Assembly (NCBI GenBank): GCA_013150955.1
Contig: JAADJD010000027.1
Span: 33,522 to 97,521 of the forward strand
Length of the DNA: 64,000 bases
Direction: 5' to 3'
Source of the DNA: Calditrichota bacterium
GTDB taxonomy: Bacteria; Calditrichota; Calditrichia; RBG-13-44-9; J042
The notes under the pieces were generated by a model. It saw nothing but the letters and a program-made list of their open reading frames with translations. It was not told the DNA's origin and searched no databases. Positions 9,989-20,872 of the stretch are shown piece after piece (position 1 is the first letter of the stretch; the number at the start of each line of letters is the position of its first letter). The position numbers were made by a program, and so were the translations under genes.

Positions 9989-10153
9989 CCCAGATTATGC
10001 ATTAGCCTACGAATTACACGAATTAACACAAATAAAACAAATAAAGTACATTGGATTGTATCTCGATAAAAATGTGTTCCACGGTTTATTCGCGATTTTG
10101 TAGATATTTTTTGGTTTCATTCGTGTGATTCGCGGTTTATTGCATAATTTGGG
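9989..10153. mobile_element. 165-bp MITE-like element
   Basis: Terminal inverted repeats CCCAGATTATGCA / TGCATAATTTGGG; exact TTAAA duplication on both sides. Confidence 0.88.
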
Positions 10154-10244
10154 TTAAAATCGATCGTTTCAATTAAAATGATTTAAGCAAACACCGGATA
10201 CATTTTGCTTACGAAAATATCGTATTCCAAGAATTTATTTTTAT

Positions 10245-10407
10245 CCCAATTCATGCGTCAAACCGCGAATCATGCGAATGAATTCGAATAATATCAACAA
10301 AATAGCGAATATATCAAGGAAAACATTTTTCGTCCAGATAGAATCCAGTGCATTTTATTTTATTTGTGTTCATTCGTGTCATTCGTGGTTCGAATGCATA
10401 ATCCGGT
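10245..10407. mobile_element. MITE-like element, opposite orientation, degenerate; possible older outer ends at 9950 and 10447
   Basis: CCCAATT...ATCCGGT ends; flanks TTTAT/TCTAT. Confidence 0.75.
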
Positions 10408-10573
10408 TCTATTTTTTGCATCATTCGTGGTTACGGCAATATCCGGGTTTGGTGAATTTAGAAAAAAATCGGGCGAGCATCCCGGAGGATACCCGCCCGA
10501 ATGGAGGAAAGGCGCCTCGGAATCCGCCCCCAAGCTCTATGGTCAATCAAAGGATCGTCTCCCATTCACGGCT

Positions 10574-11944
10574 TTATTTTTCCGGACTTTTCACCGAAGC
10601 CAATTTCTCTCGCGAGGGCACAAATTTGCCGTTTCCACCGTCATCCGCTTCTGGCGATTCCTGAAATTGTTCCGCTTCGGTGGATTCATCCAGTGCGGTC
10701 AGGGAGGTGTTCCCACGCGTAATGACCTGAGTGATGGCATCGAAATACCCGGCCCCAACAAAGCTCTGATGTTTGATGGCTCGATAGCCATGGGTGCGTT
10801 CCAGTTCAAATTCCTGTTCCTGCAGCCGGGCATAGGCGGCCATGCCTTCTTCGCGGTAACGCCGGGACAGGTCAAACATGATGTAATTGAGGGCATGAAA
10901 ACCTGCCAGCGTAATGAATTGAAACTTGTATCCCATGGCTCCCAGTTCTTCCTGAAAACGGGCGATGGTGGCATCGTCCAGGTGCAGCTTCCAGTTGAAT
11001 GACGGGGAGCAATTGTAGGCCAGGATCTTTCCGGGATATTTTTCGTGAATTGCCTGAGCAAACAGGCGCGCTTCTTCCAGATCGGGATGCGCCGTTTCGA
11101 ACCAGAGCACATCGGCATAGGGCGCGTAATGCAGGGAGCGTGCAATGGCGGCTTCCAGGCCATGGCGAACCCGGTAAAATCCTTCGGCGGTGCGTTCGCC
11201 GGTTAAAAATGGCTGATCCCGTTCGTCGATGTCGCTGGTTAGCAGTTTGGCGCTGTTTGCGTCGGTGCGGGCGATGATGATCGTGGGAACGTCCAGAATG
11301 TCGGCAGCCAGTCGGGCAGCGACCAGTTTCTGAATGGCTTCCTGGGTGGGAACCAGTACCTTACCGCCCATGTGCCCGCACTTTTTGGCGGAGGACAACT
11401 GATCTTCAAAATGGACGCCGGCAGCGCCGGCTTCAATCATGGCTTTCATCAGCTCAAAGGCATTGAGCACTCCACCGAATCCCGCTTCTGCATCGGCAAC
11501 GATGGGCGCCATCCAATAGGGCATATCCTGGGTGCGGCCTTCGGCACACATGATTTGGTCGGCCCGTAACAGGGCATTGTTGATGCGTCGTACCAGATTG
11601 GGCACGCTGTCTGCAGGATACAGGCTTTGATCGGGATAGGTGTGCAGGGCATCATTCATGTCTGCGGCCACCTGCCATCCGCTGACGTAAATGGCTTTCA
11701 GGCCTGCCTGTACCATCTGAACGGCCTGACTGCCTGTTTGAGCCCCCAGTGCCCGGATGAACGGTTCTGATTGGAATAATTGCCACAGCCGCTCGGCTCC
11801 CAGGCGCGCCAGTGTATATTCAATCTTTACAGTTCCACGCAATCGTAGCACATCCGCGGCGGAATAAGGGCGTTCAATTCCTGCCCAGCGCGGATGGGTT
11901 TTCCATTCCTGTTCCAGCTTCTGAATCTCGGCCTTTTGTTGCAT
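10574..11944 (-). CDS. aceA: isocitrate lyase
   Basis: Catalytic motif [29 protein letters not shown]. Confidence 0.98.
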   Translation of the reverse strand: MQQKAEIQKLEQEWKTHPRWAGIERPYSAADVLRLRGTVKIEYTLARLGAERLWQLFQSEPFIRALGAQTGSQAVQMVQAGLKAIYVSGWQVAADMNDALHTYPDQSLYPADSVPNLVRRINNALLRADQIMCAEGRTQDMPYWMAPIVADAEAGFGGVLNAFELMKAMIEAGAAGVHFEDQLSSAKKCGHMGGKVLVPTQEAIQKLVAARLAADILDVPTIIIARTDANSAKLLTSDIDERDQPFLTGERTAEGFYRVRHGLEAAIARSLHYAPYADVLWFETAHPDLEEARLFAQAIHEKYPGKILAYNCSPSFNWKLHLDDATIARFQEELGAMGYKFQFITLAGFHALNYIMFDLSRRYREEGMAAYARLQEQEFELERTHGYRAIKHQSFVGAGYFDAITQVITRGNTSLTALDESTEAEQFQESPEADDGGNGKFVPSREKLASVKSPEK

Positions 11945-11987
11945 GGTTGCTCCTTCCTGGTTTTCTAATGGATTGCTATACCTTATC

Positions 11988-13589
11988 TTACAGATATTTG
12001 TAAGCCACCAGCGTCAGAAAGTCTTCAAACGTCTCGGTGGTGGACAGGTAATTAAACAATTCGGTGGCCAGCTGGAATTTCCCTTTTTCAAACCGCTCAT
12101 CCCCAACCAGTTTCCGAATCTTGTCCAGTTCTTCGGGAACCAGGCGGTGGTACAGTTCGGTGGATACTTCCCGGCCATCCACCATGCGTGCCCGGTTCCG
12201 AATCCACTGCCATACCTGCGCCCGCGAAATTTCCGCCGTGGCGGCATCTTCCATGAGATTGTATATCGGAACGCAACCCACGCCGCGCAGCCAGGCTTCC
12301 AGGTACTGAATGGCCACGTTGATGTTGGTCCGCAGCCCTTCTTCGGTGATGGTGCCTTCGGGTACCCGGAGCAAATCTTCTTCGGTAATGGTCACGTCGT
12401 CCAGTTGCCGATGAATCTGATTGGGCGTGGGCATTTTTTCATCGAACACCGATTTGGCCACGTGGACCAATCCCGGATGCGCCACCCAGGTGCCGTCGTG
12501 TCCGTCACCGGCTTCTCGTTCCTTATCAGCACGGACCTTCTCCAGTGCCTGCTCGTTGGCCACCGGATCGTGTTTGATGGGAATCTGGGCGGCCATTCCG
12601 CCCATGGCATGGGCTCCCCGACGATGACAGGTCTGGATTAGCAGGCGAGAATACGAGCGCATGAAATGGGTGGTCATGGTGACCTGTGCCCGATCCGGTA
12701 GCACAAACTCCGGATAATTGCGGAATTTTTTAATGAAGCTGAAAATGTAATCCCAGCGACCACAATTGAGTCCGGCGGAGTGATCCTTTAACTCGTACAG
12801 GATTTCATCCATTTCAAACGCCGCCAGAATGTTTTCGATGAGCACGGTGGCCCGGATGGTGCCCCGCGGAATGCCCAGCGCATCCTGCGCGTAATTGAAG
12901 ACGTCGTTCCAGAGGCGGGCTTCCAGATAATTTTCCAGCTTGGGCAGGTAGAAGTAGGGACCGGTTCCTTTTTCCAGCAAGGTGGTGGCGTTGTGGAAGA
13001 AGAAAAGGCCAAAATCAAACAAAGCGGCCGAGACCGGCTTGCCATTCAAAAGCACGTGTTTTTCTTCCAGATGCCATCCCCGCGGACGTACCATCAGGGT
13101 AGCAATCTGCGGCTTGAGCTTGTAGTGTTTTCCTTCTGGGCTGGTGTATTCAATGGTTCCCCGAACCGCATCCCTTAAATTGACCTGTCCCTGCACCACG
13201 TTGAACCAGGTCGGGGAATTCGAGTCTTCAAAATCGGCCATGAACACATTGGCCCCGGAATTTAGCGCATTGATGATCATTTTCCGATCGACCGGACCGG
13301 TAATTTCCACTCGCCGATCTTCCAGGTCTGGTGGAATGGGGGCCACTTTCCATTCCTTTTCGCGAATCGCCCGCGTTTCCGGCCGAAAGGTAGGCCATTT
13401 GCCGGCATCGATTTCGGCCTGGCGTTCTTCCCGCAGTTGCAAAAGCTGCCGACGGCGTTCCCCAAATTCCTTTTCCAGTCCGGCAATGAACTGCAGGGCC
13501 TGGGGCGTTAGAATTTCCTGAAATGGGGCTCTCATCTCGCCCACAATTTCAATTTCCTGCGCAATCTGGATTAATTCCGGGTACGGCAT
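11988..13589 (-). CDS. aceB: malate synthase A
   Basis: [42 protein letters not shown]. Confidence 0.98.
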   Translation of the reverse strand: MPYPELIQIAQEIEIVGEMRAPFQEILTPQALQFIAGLEKEFGERRRQLLQLREERQAEIDAGKWPTFRPETRAIREKEWKVAPIPPDLEDRRVEITGPVDRKMIINALNSGANVFMADFEDSNSPTWFNVVQGQVNLRDAVRGTIEYTSPEGKHYKLKPQIATLMVRPRGWHLEEKHVLLNGKPVSAALFDFGLFFFHNATTLLEKGTGPYFYLPKLENYLEARLWNDVFNYAQDALGIPRGTIRATVLIENILAAFEMDEILYELKDHSAGLNCGRWDYIFSFIKKFRNYPEFVLPDRAQVTMTTHFMRSYSRLLIQTCHRRGAHAMGGMAAQIPIKHDPVANEQALEKVRADKEREAGDGHDGTWVAHPGLVHVAKSVFDEKMPTPNQIHRQLDDVTITEEDLLRVPEGTITEEGLRTNINVAIQYLEAWLRGVGCVPIYNLMEDAATAEISRAQVWQWIRNRARMVDGREVSTELYHRLVPEELDKIRKLVGDERFEKGKFQLATELFNYLSTTETFEDFLTLVAYKYL

Positions 13590-13623
13590 AGACACCTCGT
13601 TATTTTTTGTCTGCTTGGTTAGA

Positions 13624-13639
13624 TACCAAGATCATGCCA
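13624..13639 (-). promoter_or_regulatory. putative sigma54 -24/-12 promoter for aceBA (variant -12)
   Basis: Minus strand TGGCATGATCTTGGTA = GG-N10-GT, about 35 bp upstream of the aceB ATG. Confidence 0.45.
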
Positions 13640-13739
13640 GTGTAATGACGGGATCCAGGATGGTGGTTGTAACATGTTGATAAATAAGGGGATATGGTTG
13701 ATTTGATTCCGATCCCTTTCGAAATGGGGATCGTGGCCG

Positions 13740-13914
13740 TGCGACATTTATGTCGCATCTTGTGCCATCGAATTACCCCGGCGGAATCGGGAATTGTTCC
13801 CGGATGCTCTTCAGAAATGCCCATTCGCTGATGGAATCGGTTAAAAATGGATCATTACCGTTTGCATGGGGTGCGACATTTGAGTCACACCCGGGGTGCG
13901 TTAGCATTGTCGCA
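13740..13914. promoter_or_regulatory. three 18-bp palindromic operator/enhancer sites, TGCGACA-N4-TGTCGCA type
   Basis: 13740-13757 TGCGACAT-TT-ATGTCGCA (perfect); 13872-13889 TGCGACATTTGAGTCACA; 13897-13914 TGCGTTAGCATTGTCGCA. Confidence 0.7.
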
Positions 13915-14155
13915 CTTTGGGTCAGGCCGGCGAAAAATTTTGTTTTTCTGCATCCCGGCCTTATATTATTCGCCAGCTTAAATGATTGTCGGATTGGACG
14001 GCGTTCGAGAGGTTCCGGTCGAACGGTTCGGAGGACGATTTCCCCCGCCCGCTGAACCCGATGGATAAGCGGGTCCCCTTTTCTGAACCCGCCGACACGT
14101 TCGCATTTCGCCACCCTTTCCGGGTATGCTTACCAAAAAATGGAGGAAAGCGGTC

Positions 14156-14821
14156 ATGTTTGTGGGACATTACGCAGCCAGCCTGATGTTAAAACAAGTG
14201 GATCGGCGCCTGTCGCTGGGATGGTTGTTTCTGGCAGTCCAGTTTGTGGATATTCTGTTTTTCCCGCTGGTTTTGCTGGGCATTGAACGGTTGAACATTG
14301 TGGAAAATTATACCGCTTCCACTCACTTTGAACTGGTGTACATGCCCTTTACCCATAGCCTGGTGGCCTCGTTTATCTGGGCGTTCATTGTTTATGGTGG
14401 GGTGCGTTTGCTTTCCCGAAAACAGCGCTGGTTTTATCCCGCGGCAGCCGGTGCGATGGCGCTGGCGGTATTGTCTCACTGGTTCCTGGATTTGCTGGTC
14501 CACACCCCGGACCTTCCCCTTCTGGGGGACAGTTCCCTGAAATTGGGATTGGGATTGTGGAATCATGCGCTGGCAACTTACCTGCTGGAAGCGGGCCTGC
14601 TGATGCTGGGACTGTTCCTGTATTTGAAGTCCACCCGCGGCAGTGGATTTCTTGGAAAGTATGGAATGATTATGTTCACGGTGTTTTTATTGCTGGCGAA
14701 TGGTCACAACATTTTCGGACCGCCCATGGGTGAAAGTGTGGCCGCACTGTCGGTTTCAGCCCTGATGTCTTATTTCGGCTTTGCAGGATTGGCTTTCTGG
14801 CTGGATCGGTACCGGCATTAA
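14156..14821 (+). CDS. membrane-bound metal-dependent hydrolase-like protein
   Basis: MFVGH, PFTHSL, LSHWFLDLLVHTPDL, GLGLWN motifs with several TM helices. Confidence 0.8.
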   Translation: MFVGHYAASLMLKQVDRRLSLGWLFLAVQFVDILFFPLVLLGIERLNIVENYTASTHFELVYMPFTHSLVASFIWAFIVYGGVRLLSRKQRWFYPAAAGAMALAVLSHWFLDLLVHTPDLPLLGDSSLKLGLGLWNHALATYLLEAGLLMLGLFLYLKSTRGSGFLGKYGMIMFTVFLLLANGHNIFGPPMGESVAALSVSALMSYFGFAGLAFWLDRYRH

Positions 14822-14832
14822 CCTAAAATAAT

Positions 14833-14997
14833 CCCAGATTATGCATTAGCCTACGAATGACACGAATTCACACAAATAAAACCAATAAAATACATTGGAT
14901 TGTATCTGGATGAAAATGTGTTCTGGAGTTTATTCGCGATTTTGTAGATATTTTTGGGTTTCATTCGTATGATTCGCGGCCTAATGCATTATTTGGG
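14833..14997. mobile_element. 165-bp MITE-like element
   Basis: CCCAGATTATGCATTAG / CTAATGCATTATTTGGG; exact ATAAT duplication; flanks look like an older element end. Confidence 0.88.
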
Positions 14998-15054
14998 ATA
15001 ATGCATAACCCGATATTCATAAACGATATTCATAAACGGGTTCCTCTCCATGGA

Positions 15055-16494
15055 TCAGGAATGGGAGTCGGTTTTAAGGGGGCCGTTTTTAAAGGTATCG
15101 GCTTTGATGCGGTGTTTGGCCATCAGTCGCTGGAAGGTTCGGCGGGGGACACCGGCAGCACGGGCGGCACGGGAGACATTCCCGTTGTTTTCGGCCAGGT
15201 AGCGACAGATGGCTTCATATTCGAACCGATCGACCACCGCCGCTTTCATGCGCATCAATCCCCCTTCCAGAGGTTCATCCGGCATCAGGGTTTTGAAATC
15301 ATCAGGCTGCAACATGAGCGGTAGGTGAGGCAGGTCGATCTCGTCGGTATTGGTTAACACCACGGCATGTTCAATCACGTTTTCCAGTTCACGCAGGTTT
15401 CCTGGCCAGTCGTATTGCACCAGGGCGGCCATGGCAGCTGGCGAGATTTTGTTCACATGCTTATTGACTTTCGCCTGGGCAATTTTCAGGAAATGATAGG
15501 CAAACAGCGGAATATCCTCCTTTCGTTCCCGCAGGGATGGCATGTAAATGGTAAAAGCGTTCAGCCGGTAGAACAGGTCCATGCGGAATTTTCCTTCCTT
15601 GATGGCATCTTCCAGCTGGCGATTGGTGGCGGCGATGACCCGCACTTTTACGCGCTTGGTCACCGTATCGCCAATGGCCCGAATTTCCCCGGATTGCAGA
15701 AAGCGCAGCACTTTGGCCTGCATTTCCAGGGGCATGTCTCCCACCTCGTCCAGAAAAATGGTGCTTTCGTGCGCCAGCTCCAGCAGCCCGATTTTATCCT
15801 GCGTGGCGCCCGTAAAAGCGCCCTTTTTGTACCCGAATAGCTCGCTTTCGATTAACGATGCGCTGAAGGCGGTGCAGTTAACGGTGATCATTGGCTTGTG
15901 TCGCCAGGGACTTTTCTGGTGGATGAGGCGGGCGACCAGTTCTTTGCCGGTGCCACTTTCCCCGCGGATGAGCACCGTGGTCGGCGTGGGAGCCACCCGC
16001 TCAATGAGACGCATGATTTCCTGCATCTTACGGGTTTTTCCGATGATGAATTCACCTTCGGATAGACGATCCAGTTCGCGGCGCATCAGGTGATAGGTGC
16101 CTTCCAGAATTTGCTTCTGGCGGTATTCGTCCAGCAACATCCAGATCAGGCGAGCGCTGAGTCCCCCCAGGATTTCCACCTCGGCCGGTTTTTCCCGCAG
16201 CAGGGATTCCTGTAAGGCGGCATCTCCGGTAACGTTGATGATGATGTCCATATTTCCCTGATCCAGGAAGTGCCGGTAGTCCCGGTGGACGGGAATCCGA
16301 TATTCCCTGGCGAGGGCCACGCCCGGTGCGTCGGGATTAATTTCTGCTACCCCCACGACTTCCACCGAGGGATCATTCTTTAACAGCCGCAGGAGCATGC
16401 TACCCGCGCGCCCTGCACCGATGATCAATACCCGAAGGGTTTTCTGCCATTCTTCAGCCATGGGTGCGTTTCCTGAGTTTCCATCATTCTCCAT
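15055..16494 (-). CDS. sigma54-dependent activator with BkdR-like N-terminal Rossmann-type domain and Fis-type HTH
   Basis: IIGAGRAG N-terminus; GESGTGKE, ESELFG..KGAFTGA, FLDEVGDM, WPGNLRELEN; C-terminal HTH. Confidence 0.92.
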   Translation of the reverse strand: MENDGNSGNAPMAEEWQKTLRVLIIGAGRAGSMLLRLLKNDPSVEVVGVAEINPDAPGVALAREYRIPVHRDYRHFLDQGNMDIIINVTGDAALQESLLREKPAEVEILGGLSARLIWMLLDEYRQKQILEGTYHLMRRELDRLSEGEFIIGKTRKMQEIMRLIERVAPTPTTVLIRGESGTGKELVARLIHQKSPWRHKPMITVNCTAFSASLIESELFGYKKGAFTGATQDKIGLLELAHESTIFLDEVGDMPLEMQAKVLRFLQSGEIRAIGDTVTKRVKVRVIAATNRQLEDAIKEGKFRMDLFYRLNAFTIYMPSLRERKEDIPLFAYHFLKIAQAKVNKHVNKISPAAMAALVQYDWPGNLRELENVIEHAVVLTNTDEIDLPHLPLMLQPDDFKTLMPDEPLEGGLMRMKAAVVDRFEYEAICRYLAENNGNVSRAARAAGVPRRTFQRLMAKHRIKADTFKNGPLKTDSHS

Positions 16495-16888
16495 CTACCG
16501 GGGGTGTTCTCCAGCGGGATTTATATGTTGTACCCCGATTCGGTTCTCCTTCCGCTGATCAATGGTCGATACAGATGAGATCATCTTCGATAAATTCCCT
16601 GAAATTTTAATGCTTTTTTTAAATTTATTCAGAAAGCCGGGGGAATCAAAAGCCGAAATCGCAATCCTGTACGCCAACTGAGTGGACCCCACCGGATCAA
16701 AGTCCTGAAAACTCGTCTGGCACCGGAATATTAGCGGCATTCTATCTCGCCAGAAGATGGTCAAATGTTCGCGTTCCAGGATGAGCGTTATTAGCCCTTT
16801 TTGGGAATTTAGCGAACTTTTGCCCCCTTAAGATTTGTCTTTTCCCGAAAAAAGGGTTAAAATCGGTAATTAAAAAAAGGATATTTGC

Positions 16889-18007
16889 ATGAACAAAAAC
16901 ACCATTTCGCTGGGGCGTATCTTTGGAATCCCATTGAATGTGGATTCATCCTGGTTTTTAATTTTCGCGTTGTTGTCCTGGATGCTGGCCAGTAATTATT
17001 ATCCCCGCGAATTTCCCGGCTGGCCGCTGTGGCAGTACTGGTTCATGGGCATGTTTACTTCAATTTTTTTATTTGTGAGTGTGCTGTTGCATGAGCTGGG
17101 ACATTCCCTGGTGGCACGCCATTTTCATCTACCGGTTCAGCGGATCACCCTGTTTGTTTTTGGAGGCATTGCGCAGATTGCCGGCGAACCTCCCAGTGCA
17201 CGGGCGGAATTCTGGATAGCCCTGGCGGGTCCCATCGTCAGTTTTGCTTTAGCGGCCCTGTTTCATCTCATCACGCCGCTGGTGCAGGGCTGGGATGCGC
17301 TGTTTGCGTTCTTTAAATATCTGGCCTTCATCAATTTGATTCTGGCCGGTTTCAATCTGATTCCCGGTTTCCCGCTGGATGGGGGGCGGATATTCCGATC
17401 CATTTTGTGGGGAATCACGAAAAATTTGCGCAAGGCCACCTTCATTGCCGCGAATGTGGGCCGATTTTTTGCCTTTGCGTTTATTTTTCTGGGGGCCATG
17501 CAGATCATTGCCGGTCATATCATGGATGGTCTGTGGACCATTTTCATTGGATTGTTTCTGGAGAGTGCGGCGTCATCTCAGATTCAACAGCAGGAGATGC
17601 GTACCCTGCTGGTACGCCATAAGGTCAACGAGGCCATGAATCCCAACTTCGCCATTGTGCCGGCGGATAGTTCCTTACAGGAGATCGTGGATCATCACGT
17701 GCTGGGGATGGGCAGGCGCGCCGTGATTGTGGTGGACGATGGGGAGATTGCCGGAATGCTAACCCTGCATCACCTGAAGTCGGTCTCTCCAGACAAATGG
17801 CCTCAGGTTCGGGTGGCCGAGGTCATGTTGCCTGCAAGCCAGATGCGCTGGGTAACGCCCGATACCGATTTGTGGAGCGCCCTGCAGGCCATGGATCGCG
17901 ATGGGGTGAATCAACTGCCGGTGCTGCAGGACGGAAAATTGGTGGGCATCATCACCCGCGGCGACCTGATTTCGTTCCTGAACTATCTTCACAGCCTGTC
18001 CACCTGA
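16889..18007 (+). CDS. site-2 protease (M50) with tandem CBS domains
   Basis: HELGH, AGP, FNLIPGFPLDGGR, C-terminal CBS pair (LPVLQDGKLVGIIT). Confidence 0.93.
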   Translation: MNKNTISLGRIFGIPLNVDSSWFLIFALLSWMLASNYYPREFPGWPLWQYWFMGMFTSIFLFVSVLLHELGHSLVARHFHLPVQRITLFVFGGIAQIAGEPPSARAEFWIALAGPIVSFALAALFHLITPLVQGWDALFAFFKYLAFINLILAGFNLIPGFPLDGGRIFRSILWGITKNLRKATFIAANVGRFFAFAFIFLGAMQIIAGHIMDGLWTIFIGLFLESAASSQIQQQEMRTLLVRHKVNEAMNPNFAIVPADSSLQEIVDHHVLGMGRRAVIVVDDGEIAGMLTLHHLKSVSPDKWPQVRVAEVMLPASQMRWVTPDTDLWSALQAMDRDGVNQLPVLQDGKLVGIITRGDLISFLNYLHSLST

Positions 18008-18174
18008 AAATGGCGGCTCCCAATTTTCTGATCAAAGACTTTTGCACCGGAAAAAATTTTCTTATAATTAGCGGCGCATTTTCGCACGGAATCGGATGTG
18101 GCCTTCGGCCAGAGTCGGGACGAATCCCCCGGCTGAAGGATCGGGCTGGCCGGATGGCATCGCGTTGGGTTATA

Positions 18175-18314
18175 CCCGGATTATGGATAAGACCACGAAT
18201 TAACACAAATAAAAGATTCTATCTGGATGAAAATTTGTTTCGGGGTTTATTCGCGATTTTGTGGATGTGTTTTGGTTTTATTGGTGTTATTCGCGGTTTA
18301 ATGCATTATTTTGG
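18175..18314. mobile_element. internally deleted MITE-like element just upstream of speE
   Basis: CCCGGATTATG...ATGCATTATTTTGG; flanks TTATA/TTAAA. Confidence 0.75.
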
Positions 18315-18336
18315 TTAAATTGGAAGGAGAGGTTCC

Positions 18337-19182
18337 ATGGCCATTCGTTTTACCGAGGAATATCCAGAGATCAACGGCGCGTTCAGTTTTGAAGTGACCA
18401 AAATCCTTTTCTCCGATCGCAGTCCCTACCAGAAAATCGAAATAGTTGAAACCACTCATCTGGGGCGGGTATTGCTGATCGATAACCTGGTGATGTTCAC
18501 CGAACGGGATGAATACGTGTATCACGAAATGATTGCGCATGTGCCGTTGTACACCCATCCCCGCCCCGAGAAAGTGCTGATCATCGGCGGTGGCGATGGC
18601 GGCACCGTGCGGGAATGTGTCCGCCACCAGGTGGTGCAACAGGTGGATCTGGTGGAGATCGATGAGATGGTCAGTCAGGCCTGTTTGCAGTACGTACCTT
18701 CCCTGGCCAGCAAGTTGCTCTCGGAAAAGGTGAATTGTTATTTCCAGGATGGCGTGGAATACGTCCGCAACACCCGAGAGAAGTACGATGTGATCATTAT
18801 CGATTCTACCGACCCGGTGAGTGTGGGAGAGGGATTGTTCACCCGCGAGTTTTACCGCAATTGTTACCAGATTCTGAATGAAGACGGATTGCTGGTGGCG
18901 CAGAGTGAATTTCCCCCCTGGGCACCGGAGCTGGTTCGAGGCATTGCCAAAAAACTGAAAGCCATATTCCCCAGGGTATTTTTCTACCAGGCGCACATTC
19001 CCACTTACCCCTCGGGTCACTGGGCCTTTGGCATGGGAAGTAAAAAGTATCACCCGATAAACGATTTTCAGGCCAGGCGTTACGAGGCCAATCAGCTGAC
19101 CTATCGGTACTATAATCGGGATATTCACCAGGGAGCATTTGCGTTGCCCACGTTTTTCCGGGAGCTGGTCGATGCGGAGTGA
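18337..19182 (+). CDS. speE: polyamine aminopropyltransferase (spermidine synthase)
   Basis: YHEMIAHVP, VLIIGGGDGG, VEIDEMV, DVIIIDSTDP. Confidence 0.96.
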   Translation: MAIRFTEEYPEINGAFSFEVTKILFSDRSPYQKIEIVETTHLGRVLLIDNLVMFTERDEYVYHEMIAHVPLYTHPRPEKVLIIGGGDGGTVRECVRHQVVQQVDLVEIDEMVSQACLQYVPSLASKLLSEKVNCYFQDGVEYVRNTREKYDVIIIDSTDPVSVGEGLFTREFYRNCYQILNEDGLLVAQSEFPPWAPELVRGIAKKLKAIFPRVFFYQAHIPTYPSGHWAFGMGSKKYHPINDFQARRYEANQLTYRYYNRDIHQGAFALPTFFRELVDAE

Positions 19183-20041
19183 TTATTTGTTACCCAGGAT
19201 TCCCTTTGAGGGCTGTCAGTCCAGTTATGCCGATGCCCGTCTGGTGATTGTGGGGGCGGGTTTTGATGGCACCTCCAGCTATCGGCCCGGCTCGCGATTT
19301 GCACCGCAATCGATTCGCGCGGAGACGCTGCTGTCTCAGGAAAATTACAGCCCCTATTTTCAGGTGGATCTGACCGAACTGGCCATTCACGACGCTGGCG
19401 ATCTGGATCTTCCGTTCGGGAATAAAGAGGAAGCGCTGCGCCGCATTAAAGAAACCGTTCAGCAGATTGTGAGCGATGGTAAAATTCCCTGCGTGATTGG
19501 CGGAGAGCACCTGGTATCCCTGCCGGTGGTTCAGGCCGTTCACCGGGCGTACCCGGATGTGCATCTGCTACAACTGGATGCCCATCTGGATTTAATGGAT
19601 GAGCTGTTTGGGGATCGACTCTCCCACGGCACCGTCATGCGGCGCATTCTGGAAACCATTGGCGATGGCAGGCGACTGTTTCAGGTGGGGGTTCGCAGCG
19701 GGAGCCGCGAAGAATTTCAGTTTGCCCGGCAGCACACCCAGCTGTATCTCTTTCACACGCGGGAATTTCAGAAACATGTGCACCTGCTGGAAGATCGACC
19801 GGTCTATCTATCGCTGGATGTGGATGTGTTCGATCCCGCATTGCTGCCGGGCACGGGAACGCCAGAGGCCGGCGGCATCTTCTTCGACGAATTCATCGAG
19901 TTCCTGAAAGCCATTAAGCACCTGAATATCGTGGGATGCGATCTGGTGGAGTTGTCCCCCAAACTGGATCCCACCGGTAATTCCACCATCACCACGGCGA
20001 AAATCCTGCGCGAGCTCCTGATTACGATCCTGATCGATTGA
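19172..20041 (+). CDS. speB: agmatinase
   Basis: SYRPGSRFAP, GGEH, DAHLD, SHGT, SLDVDVFDP..GTGTPEAGG; coupled to speE. Confidence 0.95.
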   Translation: MRSDYLLPRIPFEGCQSSYADARLVIVGAGFDGTSSYRPGSRFAPQSIRAETLLSQENYSPYFQVDLTELAIHDAGDLDLPFGNKEEALRRIKETVQQIVSDGKIPCVIGGEHLVSLPVVQAVHRAYPDVHLLQLDAHLDLMDELFGDRLSHGTVMRRILETIGDGRRLFQVGVRSGSREEFQFARQHTQLYLFHTREFQKHVHLLEDRPVYLSLDVDVFDPALLPGTGTPEAGGIFFDEFIEFLKAIKHLNIVGCDLVELSPKLDPTGNSTITTAKILRELLITILID

Positions 20042-20300
20042 TCTGCGCCGCCAGCTGGAAGTCCCTGTCGGTAATTCCCCCTTCCGAATGGGTCATCAAC
20101 GAAAGGCGCACCCGGTTGTAAGAGATGTAAATATCCGGATGATGATCCATCGCTTCTGCCAGATCGGCTACCTGTTTTACAAAGTGCATCGCTTCCCGGA
20201 AGTTGCGAAACGTCCACTCCCGTACCAGCATCTGGCCATCAAATTCCCATCCGGTGAGGGTGGTTAATCTATCCTGAATTTCCTGGGGGAGCAACTTCAT
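20022..20300 (-). CDS. phhB: pterin-4-alpha-carbinolamine dehydratase
   Basis: AEAMDHHPDI, THSEGGITDRDFQLA. Confidence 0.92.
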   Translation of the reverse strand: MKLLPQEIQDRLTTLTGWEFDGQMLVREWTFRNFREAMHFVKQVADLAEAMDHHPDIYISYNRVRLSLMTHSEGGITDRDFQLAAQINRSGS

Positions 20301-20872
20301 GGGAGAACCTCCTCTATTGTTTGTGGATTCGGTTTAAATTATGCATTTTCATATAAATTTCCACGAATTATTTCCATGCGTTTGGCCGTTTTAGGTTGCA
20401 AAACATCCATTTCCGGAGATCGGATAATGCGCATTTAGAAAAAAGAGCGGAATAGGGATCGTATTTTTCATCCGGATGTTGCATTCCCCGACGGCTCACT
20501 CCGGCCATATTAGAGAGGCGATTTAACAAAGCCATCTGCCGGCATCTCTGGCCAATCTTCTTCTCGATGCCTCATTCAGTAACATATGGTTTCTCTTAAT
20601 GTTCACGGGTATCCTTCGCGGTGCCGGATCGTTCAAATTAAAAAAATGTTCGGGCTCAATTTAACATTTGCCATTGCTTTTTAGCGCTATTTAATTAATA
20701 CATGATTTCCAGAACAAGGGCAAGTAAATCCGAAATTTTGGGAAAATCGCTGGTAGAAAATGGCGGAGGTAGAGGCAGAATGGAGTTTAATAATTTATTT
20801 TTTATTCATTTAACGCGCCTGCCGGGCGATAATAGCTTAGAATAAAAACACAAAAGGCGGTCGATATCCAGG

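Noticed and set aside
13754-13766. Second sigma54 candidate TGGCACAAGATGC on the minus strand
   Set aside because: Spacing is GG-N8-GC instead of the required N10, and it overlaps the palindromic operator.
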